This document shows, in pieces, positions 46,380 through 57,523 of a stretch of 64,000 nucleotides of DNA (positions are counted from its first letter, which is position 1; every line of letters begins with the position of its first letter). The position numbers and the translations under genes are program-made. The DNA is taken from contig OZ116701.1 in assembly GCA_964199315.1 (NCBI GenBank), positions 3,782,001 through 3,846,000 of the forward strand, written 5' to 3'. The notes under the pieces were generated by a model. It did no database searches and was not told where the DNA came from. It saw only the letters and a list, made by a program, of their open reading frames with translations. This DNA is from Orbicella franksi (lineage: Eukaryota).

Positions 46380-49300
46380 ATAATCGGACGAAGGCACAGC
46401 GTGAGGCTGATTTGAAATGACGAGCACGATTACTCTCTAAATAGGCGCGCGGAGAACCAATCACGATCGAGAATTTGGTTATATATACGATTAATGATGA
46501 AACATGCCTATTCTGTTAATTCAAAACTGTATGCGATGTTTTTAGAACAAACGTGGAAACTGTTGGAAACGTGTAACTCTTCTTTGAAAAAAGACTGTGA
46601 GTCTTGATGTATAAATAATGACAAGGCAGGAGGAGTAATCTCATGTACATTTATAATAATATGGCATTTTGGATGGTATAATGATCAGCATACGAGGACG
46701 AATTGTTGATACGAAAATATAGTGTTCTCGAGCCCGTCAGTGTGGGCAGGTTGTCAGTGGGAAGGAATATTCACCCTCGCAGTGTCTCTCTGACACACTA
46801 ACACCTAGTGTGCCACTTATTTGTTCTTTCCACATTTTGACATCATCTGTAACTTATTACTGAACAGACTCACGGCAACATGGAATACATTTGTTAATCT
46901 GATGCCTCCAGATCCGTGCATCAGTGTAACATCTTTGTTAGCATCATGGGAAGGATTTGGACGCGACTCCATGACTTTTGGAAATCCTCTGTAGGAAAAA
47001 ACATGGCGGCTGGTACATTTACCCATAATTCGTAGCGCACGGAAAACTTAACAACGGTCATAAAAACAAACAGAAAAGTTCCAACATCTTCAAACACCAT
47101 AGCACAGGGACAAATATTGCAAAATTATGTCTTTCCTTGTACTTTATGGGCTGTGTTAGATATTGTAGTAAAATGTCCAGCTGCCATCATTTTTCCTACG
47201 GACGATTTGGAGTCTATAACCTCGTATAAAACCCCAGAGAACCAATCCTAAATGAGCTCTATCACGTTCTTTGACGTTGGGTATGATCTTGGGGAGTTGA
47301 ACGCTGATGTGTATGCTTTCTTTGTGCATTTTAGACAATGGAGGACCGAAAGGCTGGGCGCGACTGAATAAAACTCTCACACGACACAAATCAGTTCTTG
47401 TCGCATTCAAACAGAAAACATCGACACAGAGAAATGCTCAGCAAATCAGCAGTGTGAGTAGAATTATTTCTTGTTTTAATTTTACACATTTTCTTTCATC
47501 AGAAAATAGTCGTGAATTCGAAATAAACAAAAGTGAGGGTGTGGTGGCCTGAAAATAATTGCACGATTTGCTGACGGTAAAACCTTAATGATTTGATAAG
47601 ACTTACGTGATTGTTATGGAAAAAAATAATAGTTTCCCATCATCGTTTCCATGGTGACAAGCAGATAGGTCTCGATGGGGGGGCGGGGGAATTCCTACAT
47701 TAAAGCGAGGAGAAGTCAGACATTCTAAGAGGAAACCTATCAACTGACGATAGTGGTTGGGATGTGCTCAAATTTTTTTCAATCAGCTCCTGCCAGAATT
47801 TCGAATCGTGCAGCTCTCTTTATGTAAATTTTTTCACTTTATTGTCATGTAGATTTTCAGTTAATTAACCCTTTGGATGCCGAAATAAAGTAGAGAAGCA
47901 GCCATTGAAACTGTAACACCCTAATCCGTAAGCTCCAGATCTCATGTAATCAAATATATGTTTTCACGTATCGGAGTAATATTTTTCGTGGTGGCTATTA
48001 ATTTTTTTTCATTTATTATTCCCCTTTTAGCTTTCATTCCGCTCCAATAAAAATGAAAGCAGCACTGCTATAAGCTTTGTGCTCCAAAAAGTAGAAAACG
48101 CGATTCGAAAAAAATTATACATTGAAATTTCAGAACCAGAACATAACTAAACAAGGTTTAATCTGTATCACTGTAGATAAAAATCACCTGCTCGAAAATC
48201 AGCCATTATAGGCAAGGTTACAGGAAAAAAAAAAACCTTAGAGTTGCTACGAAATTGTTAGTGCGACGCTTTTACGGCAAAAAATGCCTTTTCCCGCTGT
48301 AAAATGTCATGTTTGCCAAATCTGTTTTCGAGGTTACAAAAAGAGCCAAACAATTTTCAAATTCTCCGTGCCATACTAAAAACGTGCGCTTTTGTGCCTC
48401 CGTGCTGTCAGTCAACATTTGGGTAGTTTGAAGCTCTGTAGTTCGACAATTTGTCAAAACAAATTTCAGAGTTTGCTAGCTACCAATGTTTAACATATAC
48501 AGACCCTTGTAATAATGGTACATTCACGTTTAAAATCGTCAACCTTTTAGTAGAGCTTTGGCTACGAGTGTGGAAAAGGAAGATCTTGCCTGACAAACAA
48601 TTTTCCGCCAAGTTTTTGTGATTATTTTTAAGTGCTACCTTCCCCAATTCGAATTAATTGCAAGTAGCGCTCTTCCTGCAGTGAACCGATGCACCTGCAC
48701 CGGGGTTAACTCTAATTTATTAAGAAATATAATCTCCAGAAAAGGTTATTGAATAGATGTGTGAAAACTCAGCATAATTTAAGCCAAAAGTTAAATATTC
48801 AAGCGAAAAAACTCGACTTTCCACTGTTGTTTTTTCTCGAAATTAGTTTGTGCGTATTTTACAAGACCTTTTCAACGAAACGGAATTGAAGCATTTCAGA
48901 TTAGTGTTGTTTGTAGATTTCCCAACTTAAAAGGCGTCCTTGTTTACTCAAGTAATTTTTTGTAATCACTTTGCTCATGTAGAGAAGATTTTTGAATTTC
49001 AAAGTAGGGGACGCCCATTTGGTAATTAGAAAAGGTGACAGGCATTCCCAATCAGTTTGGATGAACACAATTTTCATTGCCTCGGTCGACGTGAATTGTC
49101 GCAATAAGGTTATTTTTTTCTGCTCGTATGACAACTCGGCAAAACAGAGTCACAACCTCATGTCGTTGGGAGACTGTCTATAAGCAATTTTAAAGGAATA
49201 TGTCTCGCGTTAAACCTGAAGGAAATGCGACAACTTCCTGTCGACAGAAAGATTCACGGGTGAGTATTTATGAGCGTTTATTCCACGTTCAAATATTAAA

Positions 49301-52300
49301 ACTCAAATAATGTTTGAGTTTTCTACACTGAGACGCAAAAACGTAATTTTACGGGCGACCATTTTTGACAACGCGACGTCCTGTTATTATGTGTTTCATT
49401 TTAAGTCGCTTATTCTTGTTGCATTTCAAATTCCAGATCAGTTTTATTATCCCGTCTGGACGACTAAAATTACCAAAAAATTTCAAAGCTTCAATATCGC
49501 TACTAAACCGAAAAAAACCTGGATTTATTACAAAATAAACGGAAGTTTTAAAGAAATATTTTTCCATGTTATCTGAAATGAAAACAGGAAAATAATTATA
49601 GTAATAATTGTATGTAAGAAAACTTTGCGATACTGGTCTCTTGTCTGCATTAATTGGCGTTCGTTATAAATTGCAAGTAAATCTTCAGCCAAATAACTTA
49701 CTGTAATGAAAAATTATCATTTTATTTAGAGTCTGAAGAATCCAAGTGTAGAAGTTACGATGTTTGAACGGGGTTCCCTAGAGTTAAATAAGTATACACA
49801 TGGTTGTTACAACTGTGATTACAATTTTGCTTTCAATAATTTCGCCGGTAGCCTCTGTAAATACTGTTAAAAGCTAATACGTTTTACCCTGGCAAACACC
49901 TTTGTGGTTTAAATGTCTCAACACACCCTTGACAACTCAAAGGTTTTTGCGTCTATTTGTTTCTATGTTGAATAGAGAGAAGAAAGGAAACATTAACTAA
50001 ACTTTGGTTACTAGTTTCCTTTCTTCTCTTTATTCAACAAAAAGCAAACAAACGTACGCAGAGGAAAAAGATTGAAGATCAGGTTGTCAACTTTCGTTCG
50101 GGGGAGGAAAGTTAATAAAAGCTTGATCTTTGATCGCAAATCGTTCGAGCAGCGAGCTTCAGATTAATTGACTTTAAAGCACGAAACAGCAAAACGAGGA
50201 AACGCGCGAAAAATGAAATCTTTTTAATTCCTCAAGTCTTCGGATAATGTCAATAGGAAAACCAGGCCTGTCATCTTTGTGATAGCGGTCAGAGTCAAAC
50301 TGATCTGGGCGGACTTTCCACTCACGGCGAAACCTTTCACGATAAAACTAAACATGAATCGAAATACAGTGGTTCGAATCCGAAAAAATCCGCCACTGAG
50401 GAGTTGTTTTTATGCATTTCTCAAACTCATTAATAATTCATCACATTTCCGCAGGAGAAATCATGACCGAGACGATGTTTGGATATCTGATCTTACATTA
50501 GCATATACTTTTACGATTTTATTTCTCCAAATTCTCCTCAGTTTTATTTTCGATTGAGAAGTTATATCAAACACAAAAGACAGTGTTTAATCACATTTCC
50601 AAACACCTTGACGTCCGTTATAACGCTTTCAACTCTCTTCTTGGTGTTTGGAAATGTGGTCAAACACGGTCTTTCGTGTTTGATAATTACGTCTAGATTT
50701 CCCCCTGCAATAAGCCAGTCACATCCGTTAGGAAAATATGCAGATTAATTCGTAAAAATAAGCTGAGTCGGAATGCTTTCTGGTCAACAAATAGTTCTCA
50801 AAATCTTTTGCCAAGTAACTCAGGCTTATGACAAAAATTCTCTTCTTTGTAAGGTAAATCTTGTGTTAAAACTTTTTCATGATCATTGATTTCAGCTCAT
50901 GTCCCTGAACGATGAATTATTACCAGACTACAAGCTCGACGTACCACATACTCCACCGAGAGTCATTCTGCACTACACCACCTTCAAAACAACTTGGGAC
51001 TGGATTATTTTGTTCCTGACACTGTACACCACCATCTCGGTGCCTTTCCTCGTTTGCTTTGCGTTCGAACACCGAGCCGTGTCCATCATTGACCTGTTTG
51101 TTGATTGGCTGTTTCTTGCCGACATTGCTTTGAACTTTCACACAACCTATGTAGGTAAGGATGGCGAGGTGATCGATGATCTTAAGATGATACGCTGGAA
51201 TTATATGCGGAGTTGGTTCTTTTTGGACTTAGTCTCCTCGCTGCCTTATGGCGTCCTAGCTTTTATAACCAAGGATTCGGAAACGGTGAGTTCTTTCAAT
51301 TTATTTCGCAAGTAACCGACGTATAGTTTTTTTTTTTCAGTTTATCGATACATTGTCAAGCAAACAGGTTATTAGATTAAAGAAAATCATCAGTCAACAT
51401 CAAATGCTTAAAATGGACGCACGTTAGAGTGGCAAAAAATAAAAATATAAAATAACTAACTTTATTTAAGTGTCAAATGTATTCAGCAATGTTATGCTAA
51501 TTGGGGACACTGTAACTGAATAAAGAAACAAATATTTCAAATAGAACATAAACTACAGTCTACTCCCAATAACTCGAACCTTCAGGGGAAATAGAAAATG
51601 GTTCGAGTTATCGGAAGTTCGAGTTATCGAGGGTAAAATTACATAGAAAATGGCCTGAAGGGAAATGAAAATTACTTCGAGAGAGGTTCGAGTTAGCAAG
51701 GGTTCGAGTTATCGGGAGTCAACTGTATTAAGAATCCCAACTTGTGGGAGGCTGACCAGTTGGCTATTTACACAACGCCGTCGAGGAACTACCGAGAACA
51801 GGGACTTCCAGATTTCAAATCCAACGCCCTTACCCACTCGGCCACGCCGCCTCCTGTAGCCTCCGCTGTATATATGACAATCAGTAGGAATGAGCAAAAA
51901 CCTCATAAGATGCGTGACACTGCCGAAAAGTTGTATATAAGGCCAAAATGCTCTGAAAAGTGTGAAATTTGTTCTGAAAAACGAAACGTTTCGGGCCTAG
52001 CCCTTCTTCAGTAGGTGGATTTCAATCAGTGTGAAGTAGCTAGCTGTATTAGGCGTTCTTCTCGTCCTCAATTCATTTCTCACCTTTATTGTGGACTGTC
52101 GCTCAAGGTACTTATAATTCGTCTCCCACACTGCATTTCTATTTTTATTTGCTCAATAAATGGTTATCTAACGTTATTCGCCTTAATTAACTGAATTTTA
52201 GAGACAGCAGTTCCTGAAATTCTTGTTTTACTCTTATAATCACGACGCATCTGCCGTATTTTCTTGATTAAAAGCCGGGTCTCGAATGAACGCCGGCTTC

Positions 52301-55300
52301 CCTAGGAAGACTTGTAAATAAGACCCTCAAGGAATTTATATTCGAGGTACAATGAGCTTTACGTATAACTATGATATTCAGCTCTCAAAAATCACGGAAT
52401 AAAACCTCTAATAAACTCCAGGCTCGAATAAACTGCAAAAGTCAAATAAACGCCAGATTCAGGAGGATCCATGAAGGAGGCCAAGCTTGAAACAAACGCC
52501 AGGAGGGACGAGGGAGGGGGATAATCGAGATAATACGGTATATTATTTTGAGATCATATAAATATCTCGCATTATGAGCATGGTACTTAGTTATGCCTAT
52601 TCGGTATCTATTTGTTTGTTTTTTTAGAACGCCACAACTCTGCTCGGATTTCTAAAAGTATTTCGTCTTTTACGACTGGGACGGGTTGCAAGGAAGATTG
52701 ATAAATACCTGGAGTATGGAGCTTCCACGTTCTTTCTTCTTATGCTTTCATTCTGCCTGGTAGCTCACTGGATGGCTTGCATCTTCTACTTAATCGCTAC
52801 CGGATATGACAAATACGAACCTCACGGTTGGCTTCAGGCTCTGGGTCGGACCGTTGGGGAGCCTTACAAATTAAAGAATGGGACAGATGACGTTGATCCG
52901 ACAACCGGTCCTACTATTCCTTCGAAGTATGTGTCGGCACTTTACTACACACTGACCAGCCTTACGACGATCGGGTTCGGAAATATAGCGCCCAACACAA
53001 CAGCTGAGAAACTGTTTGGCTGCATCACTATGTTGCTGGGAGGTGAGACATTGTTTGCTTTGTCTGTGCGCACGAAGTCAATTTGGGATCCTAGGGGTGG
53101 TGGGTTTACCAAGAAAAACTAGTCTAGGACATGCGTACGTACAATTTGGGAGGTTATGAAATGGGTGGAGTCAAAAGAGAGGATAAAGAGTATAAGAGAG
53201 TTGATCCCCTTTACGTAATACCGCTCAAGCTATTTATTGGAATGGTACCAAGTTCTCCTGCGGATCATAATGTACCCTTTAATATTTTAACCAGGCGGAC
53301 TCAGTTTGTTTTGGAACAAATCTTTTCTTTTTTTTATCTTTTAATTTTGGGGGAAGGTAGGAGATGTAGTTACATGCTCTAAAAGGTTATATTTTATGAG
53401 GTTTAAGGCTGGATATTTTTGTAGCTAGGGGAGAGGGGTTTAGGCTTATTGTCGCCGCAGTCTGTACGAAAATATCTTGTCATTTTAGTGGTTTTAGTTT
53501 CATTTTTAAGACATTTTGACACAGATAATTTACAATACTAACATTACATACAATACTAACATAACTTACATCACTAACATTAATTACGATATTACTTACA
53601 ATACTGAGTCCACTTACAATATTATCATTACTTACAATATTATCTTTACTTTCAATATTAACATTACTTATAATACTGATATTACTTACAATGTTATCAT
53701 TATTTGCAATACTAACATTACTTTCAATACTAGCATTACTTAAAATATTATCATTACTTCCAATGGTATTGTATTACTTCCAGTGCTATAGCATTACTTA
53801 GGCCAAGTTCAGACGCCGTACTTCACATGAGCCGAAACGAATGCAAATGAGAAAAATCCTTTGTTCGTCCTCATTGGCATTCGATTCGGCTCATGTGAAG
53901 TACGGCGTTTGAACCGGGCATTACAATGCTAGCATTACTTACAATATTAATATTACTTACAATACTAACTCCACTTGCAATATTATCATTACGTGCAATA
54001 CTAACATTACTTTCAACACTAGCATTACTTACAATGCTAGCATTACTTACAATATTAATGTTACTTACAATATACTAACAATATACTATCTCTACTTACA
54101 CTATTATCATTACTTGCAATACTAACATTACTTTCAATACTAACTCTACTTGCAATATTATCATTACTTCCAATACTATAGCATTACTTATAATATTAAT
54201 ATTACTTACAATACTAACTCTACTTACAATATTATCATTGCTGGCAATACTACTCATTTTGAATGCATGGAATCTTTAGTTAAGTTTCTTTGGTTAAGTT
54301 TCATTTTATTTGTAAGTAGAATGAAGTCAGCCAGTACTTCTTCACATTTTCACAATAACTGACATTTGTACACTATCATTTTTTCAGCGATTCTTTTCTC
54401 CTTAATTTTTGGTCAAGTCTCGGCCATACTTCAACAAGCACAGAAAAACACCGCCAAATACCACTCAATCATCGACAACATGAAGCAATTTAGTAAACTG
54501 TACAAGCTGCCAACCGAACTCGCTACAAGGACCATTGATTTCTTCATGTCCACGTGGGCAATGAACAAAGGAATTGACACAGATGAGGTAATTATTGATA
54601 TGCTTCATTTACCTTAATTTTCTAAGTGATGGCAGACAGGTTACAACAATATATAAGAAAATCATCGGTTGATTGGCGGACACACGTTTGTCGCGTTCTT
54701 CTATAGTTCCCCCCCCCCCCCCACCCCCTCCCAGAAACATTCTTTCTTATGGAAAAGAATATTTTATGGTTTTGAGCCATCTTGGCTTCGTACTGTAGAT
54801 CCTGAATGTCAGCCATCTCCTAGGGAGACTTGCTCCCAATAGCGAAAGCGACCAGAGAAGACGATACAAATTTAGACATAGGTGTCCTTATAAGTTTATA
54901 TGGCGTTTTCGGGTCCTGGCCGAAAGCACAAAGCTGCACCTAGCAGTATTGGTAGGGCGACCTAACGAAATTCAGGAAACAGCTGGACAAAACTTAGCTA
55001 CCGACACTGCGACTAGTCATACCATATTCCAACCTCGCATTAGGCCTTCCTAAGGGGCTGGGAGAGAAAACCTTCTCTTGCTTTTCCCTCTCTTTGCTAC
55101 CCCTCTCCCCTTACTTTCTTGAGCCTGATAAGCGGACTAGCCATTTCCAGGAATCAGACGGGGTAGATGGGACTTTACCTTCCCTGCCTTTACTGTGGCG
55201 GTCATGTTTATACCTAACACGCTTAGTAACTAGACGCAAAGAGCTTCTCCCCTCATTCACCTGCAGGTTTTAAAATACTGTCCTAAAGATCTCCAAGCAG

Positions 55301-57523
55301 ACATCTGCGTCCATCTCAACAGAATTATTCTCGAGAACAATCCCGCGTTTCGGGACGCAAACACGGGAGTCAAGCGCGCGGTCGCGCGAAACTTCTGGAT
55401 CTCGCACGTGGCACCTGGTGATCGAATCATTCATCACGGAGAAAGTTTGGATGTGCTTTACTTTATCGCACGCGGATCTCTCGAAGTCAAACAGGGAGAT
55501 ACTGTTGTAGGTTTGTTAGGTAAGTAACACATCAAAGAGGTTCTTCTTCATTGTGGGACATAAAATTTGATTTTATGAAAGCACGAAAAAAGCACATTCA
55601 ATGGGCTCTTTGGAAACAGGAGTGGACACTAATAGACAAAAGAGAGAAATATAATGAGTATGATGAGCGACTCGTCAAGCAAATTGTCTTTATTTATCAT
55701 AGGTGAGAATGACGTATTTGGAGACGACATATGCCATGAGTCCACAGTCGGCCAGTCAGCGGTAGACGTGTTAGCACTAACATACTGTGACCTTCACTGG
55801 ATTCAAAGAGATGCGCTAATCGAGGTCCTGGAGTTCTACCCGGAGTTTGCGAATAAATTCACCAAGAACCTTGTGTTATCCTACAATTTAAGAGACGAGG
55901 TAACGCGCTGGTTTTCTCATATCTAGAGGATCTAAGATTAACGGGAGACAGCGTGGCCGAGTGGTTAGAGCGCCAGATTTGAAATCCGTAGGTCCCGGGT
56001 TCAAATCCCGTTCTGATCGCTAGTGATGGTGTTCTCGGTAGCCCCGAGTTCAACTTCTCGACTACGCTTGTAACTAGGCAACTGGTCTGCCTCCCGCCAG
56101 TAGGGATTCTTAACCTAGTTATGTTTGTTTGAATATTTATTTATCATTGTTTGTTTACATTGGTCCTGAAAAGCCCCGATGGGGAGTGGCCAATTACGTA
56201 TACAATTTTTTTTACATTTTTTACAATACAATTCTATGTATCAGGAGCTTGCTATGAGATGATCACTCTACTCCTTGTATATGGCTGGTACGCTTGAAAT
56301 TTGAATTGACCAATCAGGATTCAGCAGGCTGGGAAAAACTTTATTGTCTTGACGTCAATGTATGTTAACAGGAAAGGCATTGAAATTGGGAAACATTTCT
56401 CACTGGAGATGGCGTTGAATATTCAAGAAAAGGAATTTATAATTTCAATAAAACAAAATCAGATTGTAAAAAGCGAAAAATAGGAATCATTTTGTGTCTT
56501 CAAGCTTTTAATTTGGCGCCAAAAATGGCCGCCCGCGTTCGGCAATTCGGTCTTCGATTGCTGTCGCGAGATAGGGCAATGGTTGTGTCATTTACAACAA
56601 AATTTGTTGCTAAAACCAGAATTCTCGAGTTAAGAATTAGACATATGAGTCAAGTAAAGAGCCATTGGAGTTTTGGATTTTGGCTTTATATAAATAAAGT
56701 GTTATGATTAGTTTATTACTGTTATCATATAACAAAAGTTACAAATCAAACCCGTTTGACATTACACTTTCAGCTCAAGATTCGTAAGCGCACCCCTCGG
56801 TTGGAAATGGCCAACGAGGACCAACATGACAACAGACCACCAAGTGTGTCTGCTTTTCGGTCAAGAAGACAAAATAGAAAGCTGAGTTTGGTGGAGGAAT
56901 TGGCGCAGAATTACGAGTTTGACGACAATCAGGTTGACGGTGGAGAAACAAGTGACGCGGAAATCGACATGATGGTCATCCCGAAATCACGAACAAAAAG
57001 TATGACTTCAAACGTTGTACGAGCGCGCCCCGATGTTCCAGAATCGGGCACCGACGTGCTGTCGAGTTTGTCCGAAATGAAAGGCGAAGTGCGCCGAGAA
57101 ATCGAAGTCATGAATATGAAAATGACGCAACTAGAGGAACAAATTTCCACGATTCTGTCAATTTTAAAAAGCCAGGGACATTTGCATAGCCCGCGGGGTT
57201 ACGGATCTCCCAGGGATAGTATCGACAAAGGACGGATGTCGTCTACTTCGTATCTTAACGATACATCTCTCCAGGAGGAGGCTCCGTGCAAGACAAAAAC
57301 TGAGGAAGAACCATTACCGGATTGGCTTGCTCCGTCTGGGTCCCCTGTGGCTCGAACCAACAGCGTTCCAGACTGGGACAACACTTCCACGCAGGCGCAG
57401 GAAGACAACTCGGCCCAGGCTGCTAACTTGTTGAACAACCAGTCAGGTCAAAGCGCAACTGCCGACGCGGATCCAAGACTATTGCAGACCCTCAATCTTT
57501 TCAAAAGAGCCGGAAAAAAATAA
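40704..57523 (+). CDS. KCNH1: Ether-a-go-go (Eag/Kv10, KCNH1/KCNH5-like) voltage-gated K+ channel. join(40704..40782,44819..45049,45765..45884,47335..47453,50896..51285,52628..53042,54388..54587,55267..55519,55703..55899,56774..57523) = 2754 nt, 917 aa
   Basis: All ten exons have AG/GT boundaries with compatible phases. PAS-cap [24 protein letters not shown] is Eag-type (not Elk or Erg). PAS domain, S1-S6, S4 FRLLRLGRVARK, filter TIGFGN, C-linker [33 protein letters not shown], CNBHD, intrinsic-ligand YNL and C-terminal coiled coil are all present. Expected to be a co-orthologue of vertebrate KCNH1 and KCNH5. Confidence 0.95.
44482..44772. mobile_element. Inverted-repeat element carrying a tRNA-Thr-like cassette (cloverleaf 44561-44632, minus strand)
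   Basis: 60-bp inverted repeats at 44482-44541 and 44665-44724 (5 mismatches). Between them a 72-nt foldable cloverleaf with A box tagctcagttgg, B box ggttcgaatc and GGT anticodon, followed 3 nt later by a ~10-T run. Confidence 0.85.
44819..45049 (+). CDS. KCNH1: Eag coding exon 2 (PAS)
   Basis: [35 protein letters not shown]...YKKD; ttgcag acceptor, G|GTAAGG donor. Confidence 0.93.
45223..45484. mobile_element. MITE (TA-flanked)
   Basis: TIRs tagagcggttttcatttgagtg / ctcgactgaaaaccactcta. Confidence 0.75.
45765..45884 (+). CDS. KCNH1: Eag coding exon 3 (PAC)
   Basis: GTPMWVLFHLGPIKNEKGEVMLFLVTLKDITEYKDPIVGT; ttttcag acceptor, G|GTCATG donor (weaker, but phase-compatible). Confidence 0.88.
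46096..46340. mobile_element. Partial copy of the MITE family at 58899-59272
   Basis: Identical 31-mer tggctgtgcacgtgcgttataaatctttgta at 46172-46202 and 58972-59002; shared atagggaacttaa / gggagcttaa end and cattacatatttagtc. Confidence 0.75.
47335..47453 (+). CDS. KCNH1: Eag coding exon 4 (linker with the N-terminal CaM site)
   Basis: DNGGPKGWARLNKTLTRHKSVL resembles Eag1 GWGKFARLTRALTSSRGVL; ttttag acceptor, |GTGAGT donor, phase 1 to 0. Confidence 0.87.
47645..47658. promoter_or_regulatory. RFX X-box motif in Eag intron 4
   Basis: GTTTCCATGGTGAC fits GTNNCCATGGNNAC. Motif match only. Confidence 0.35.
50565..50685. mobile_element. Short palindromic MITE
   Basis: ~45-bp arms atcaaacacaaaagacagtgtttaatcacatttccaaacacc / ggtgtttggaaatgtggtcaaacacggtctttcgtgtttgat. 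Confidence 0.7.
50896..51285 (+). CDS. KCNH1: Eag coding exon 5 (S1-S3)
   Basis: LMSLNDELLPDYK..PPRVILHYTTFKTTWDW..DIALNFHTTYVG..FLDLVSSLPY; tttcag acceptor, |GTGAGT donor. Confidence 0.95.
51556..51725. mobile_element. Tc1/mariner-pogo MITE
   Basis: TA TSD (51554-55, 51726-27); TIRs cagtctactcccaataactcgaacc / ggttcgagttatcgggagtcaactg; internal ttcgagtta repeats. Related to 58233-58411. Confidence 0.85.
51728..51854 (-). mobile_element. Internally deleted tRNA-Ser-like SINE
   Basis: Minus strand ggaggcggcgtggccgagtgggtaagggcgttggatttgaaatctggaagtccc, fused directly to the body gttctcggtag..ccaactggtcagcctccc..gggattcttaa (compare 55943). Confidence 0.75.
51982..52014 (-). ncRNA. Minimal hammerhead-ribozyme-like motif (Penelope/retrozyme type), probably decayed
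   Basis: Minus strand cta-CUGAAGA-a-GGGC-uag-GCCC-GAAAC-GUU-ucg: intact core, 4-bp stem II and palindromic ACGU stem III. Stem I pairs only partly in the visible sequence. Confidence 0.55.
52254..52538. mobile_element. pogo-type MITE
   Basis: TIRs ccgtattttcttgatta / taatcgagataatacgg followed by TA; internal taaacgcc repeats. Confidence 0.65.
52628..53042 (+). CDS. KCNH1: Eag coding exon 6 (S4-S5-pore-S6 start)
   Basis: LKVFRLLRLGRVARKIDKYLEYG..HWMAC..YVSALYYTLTSLTTIGFGNIAPNT; tttttag acceptor, G|GTGAGA donor. Confidence 0.96.
53520..54250. repeat. Degenerate ~18-bp G-poor minisatellite in Eag intron 6
   Basis: Recurrent attacttacaatactaac / attacttacaatattatc units. Confidence 0.9.
53801..53920. 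mobile_element. PIF/Harbinger-type MITE nested in the minisatellite
   Basis: TTA TSD at 53798-53800 and 53921-53923; ~36-bp TIRs ggccaagttcagacgccgtacttcacatgagccgaa / ttcggctcatgtgaagtacggcgtttgaaccgggca. Confidence 0.9.
54388..54587 (+). CDS. KCNH1: Eag coding exon 7 (S6 / C-linker)
   Basis: [42 protein letters not shown]; ttttcag acceptor, |GTAATT donor. Confidence 0.95.
55267..55519 (+). CDS. KCNH1: Eag coding exon 8 (C-linker / CNBHD)
   Basis: [45 protein letters not shown]; ctgcag acceptor, G|GTAAGT donor. Not present in the supplied ORF track. Confidence 0.95.
55703..55899 (+). CDS. KCNH1: Eag coding exon 9 (CNBHD)
   Basis: GENDVFGD..SAVDVLALTYCDLHWI..VLEFYPEFANKF..LSYNLRDE; catag acceptor, |GTAACG donor. 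Confidence 0.95.
55943..56230 (+). mobile_element. tRNA-Ser(UGA)-like SINE, near full length, in Eag intron 9
   Basis: gcgtggccgagtggttagagcg (A box), gatttgaaatc anticodon arm, ggttcaaatccc (B box), unrelated body and tail of ttttaca repeats. Confidence 0.85.
56774..57523 (+). CDS. KCNH1: Eag coding exon 10 (distal C-terminus, coiled coil)
   Basis: tttcag acceptor, phase 0; heptad segment DVLSSLSEMKGEVRREIEVMNMKMTQLEEQISTILSIL; stop TAA at 57521-57523. Confidence 0.88.
   Translation, partial: LKIRKRTPRLEMANEDQHDNRPPSVSAFRSRRQNRKLSLVEELAQNYEFDDNQVDGGETSDAEIDMMVIPKSRTKSMTSNVVRARPDVPESGTDVLSSLSEMKGEVRREIEVMNMKMTQLEEQISTILSILKSQGHLHSPRGYGSPRDSIDKGRMSSTSYLNDTSLQEEAPCKTKTEEEPLPDWLAPSGSPVARTNSVPDWDNTSTQAQEDNSAQAANLLNNQSGQSATADADPRLLQTLNLFKRAGKK

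Noticed and set aside
53516-54362. ITYNTN-repeat ORFs as a beta-helical / antifreeze-like protein
   Set aside because: They lie in Eag intron 6, are products of a low-complexity array, are broken by stops and a MITE, and show no usable splice context.
55943-56015. Functional tRNA genes at 3.4, 28.0, 36.4, 44.6 and 55.9 kb
   Set aside because: All are embedded in repeats, with broken acceptor or anticodon stems or non-canonical positions; treated as tRNA-derived elements.
40704-57523. Assignment of the channel to Erg (KCNH2) or Elk (KCNH3/4/8)
   Set aside because: PAS-cap ([16 protein letters not shown]), C-linker (MSTW..[17 protein letters not shown]) and YNL ligand match the Eag subfamily.
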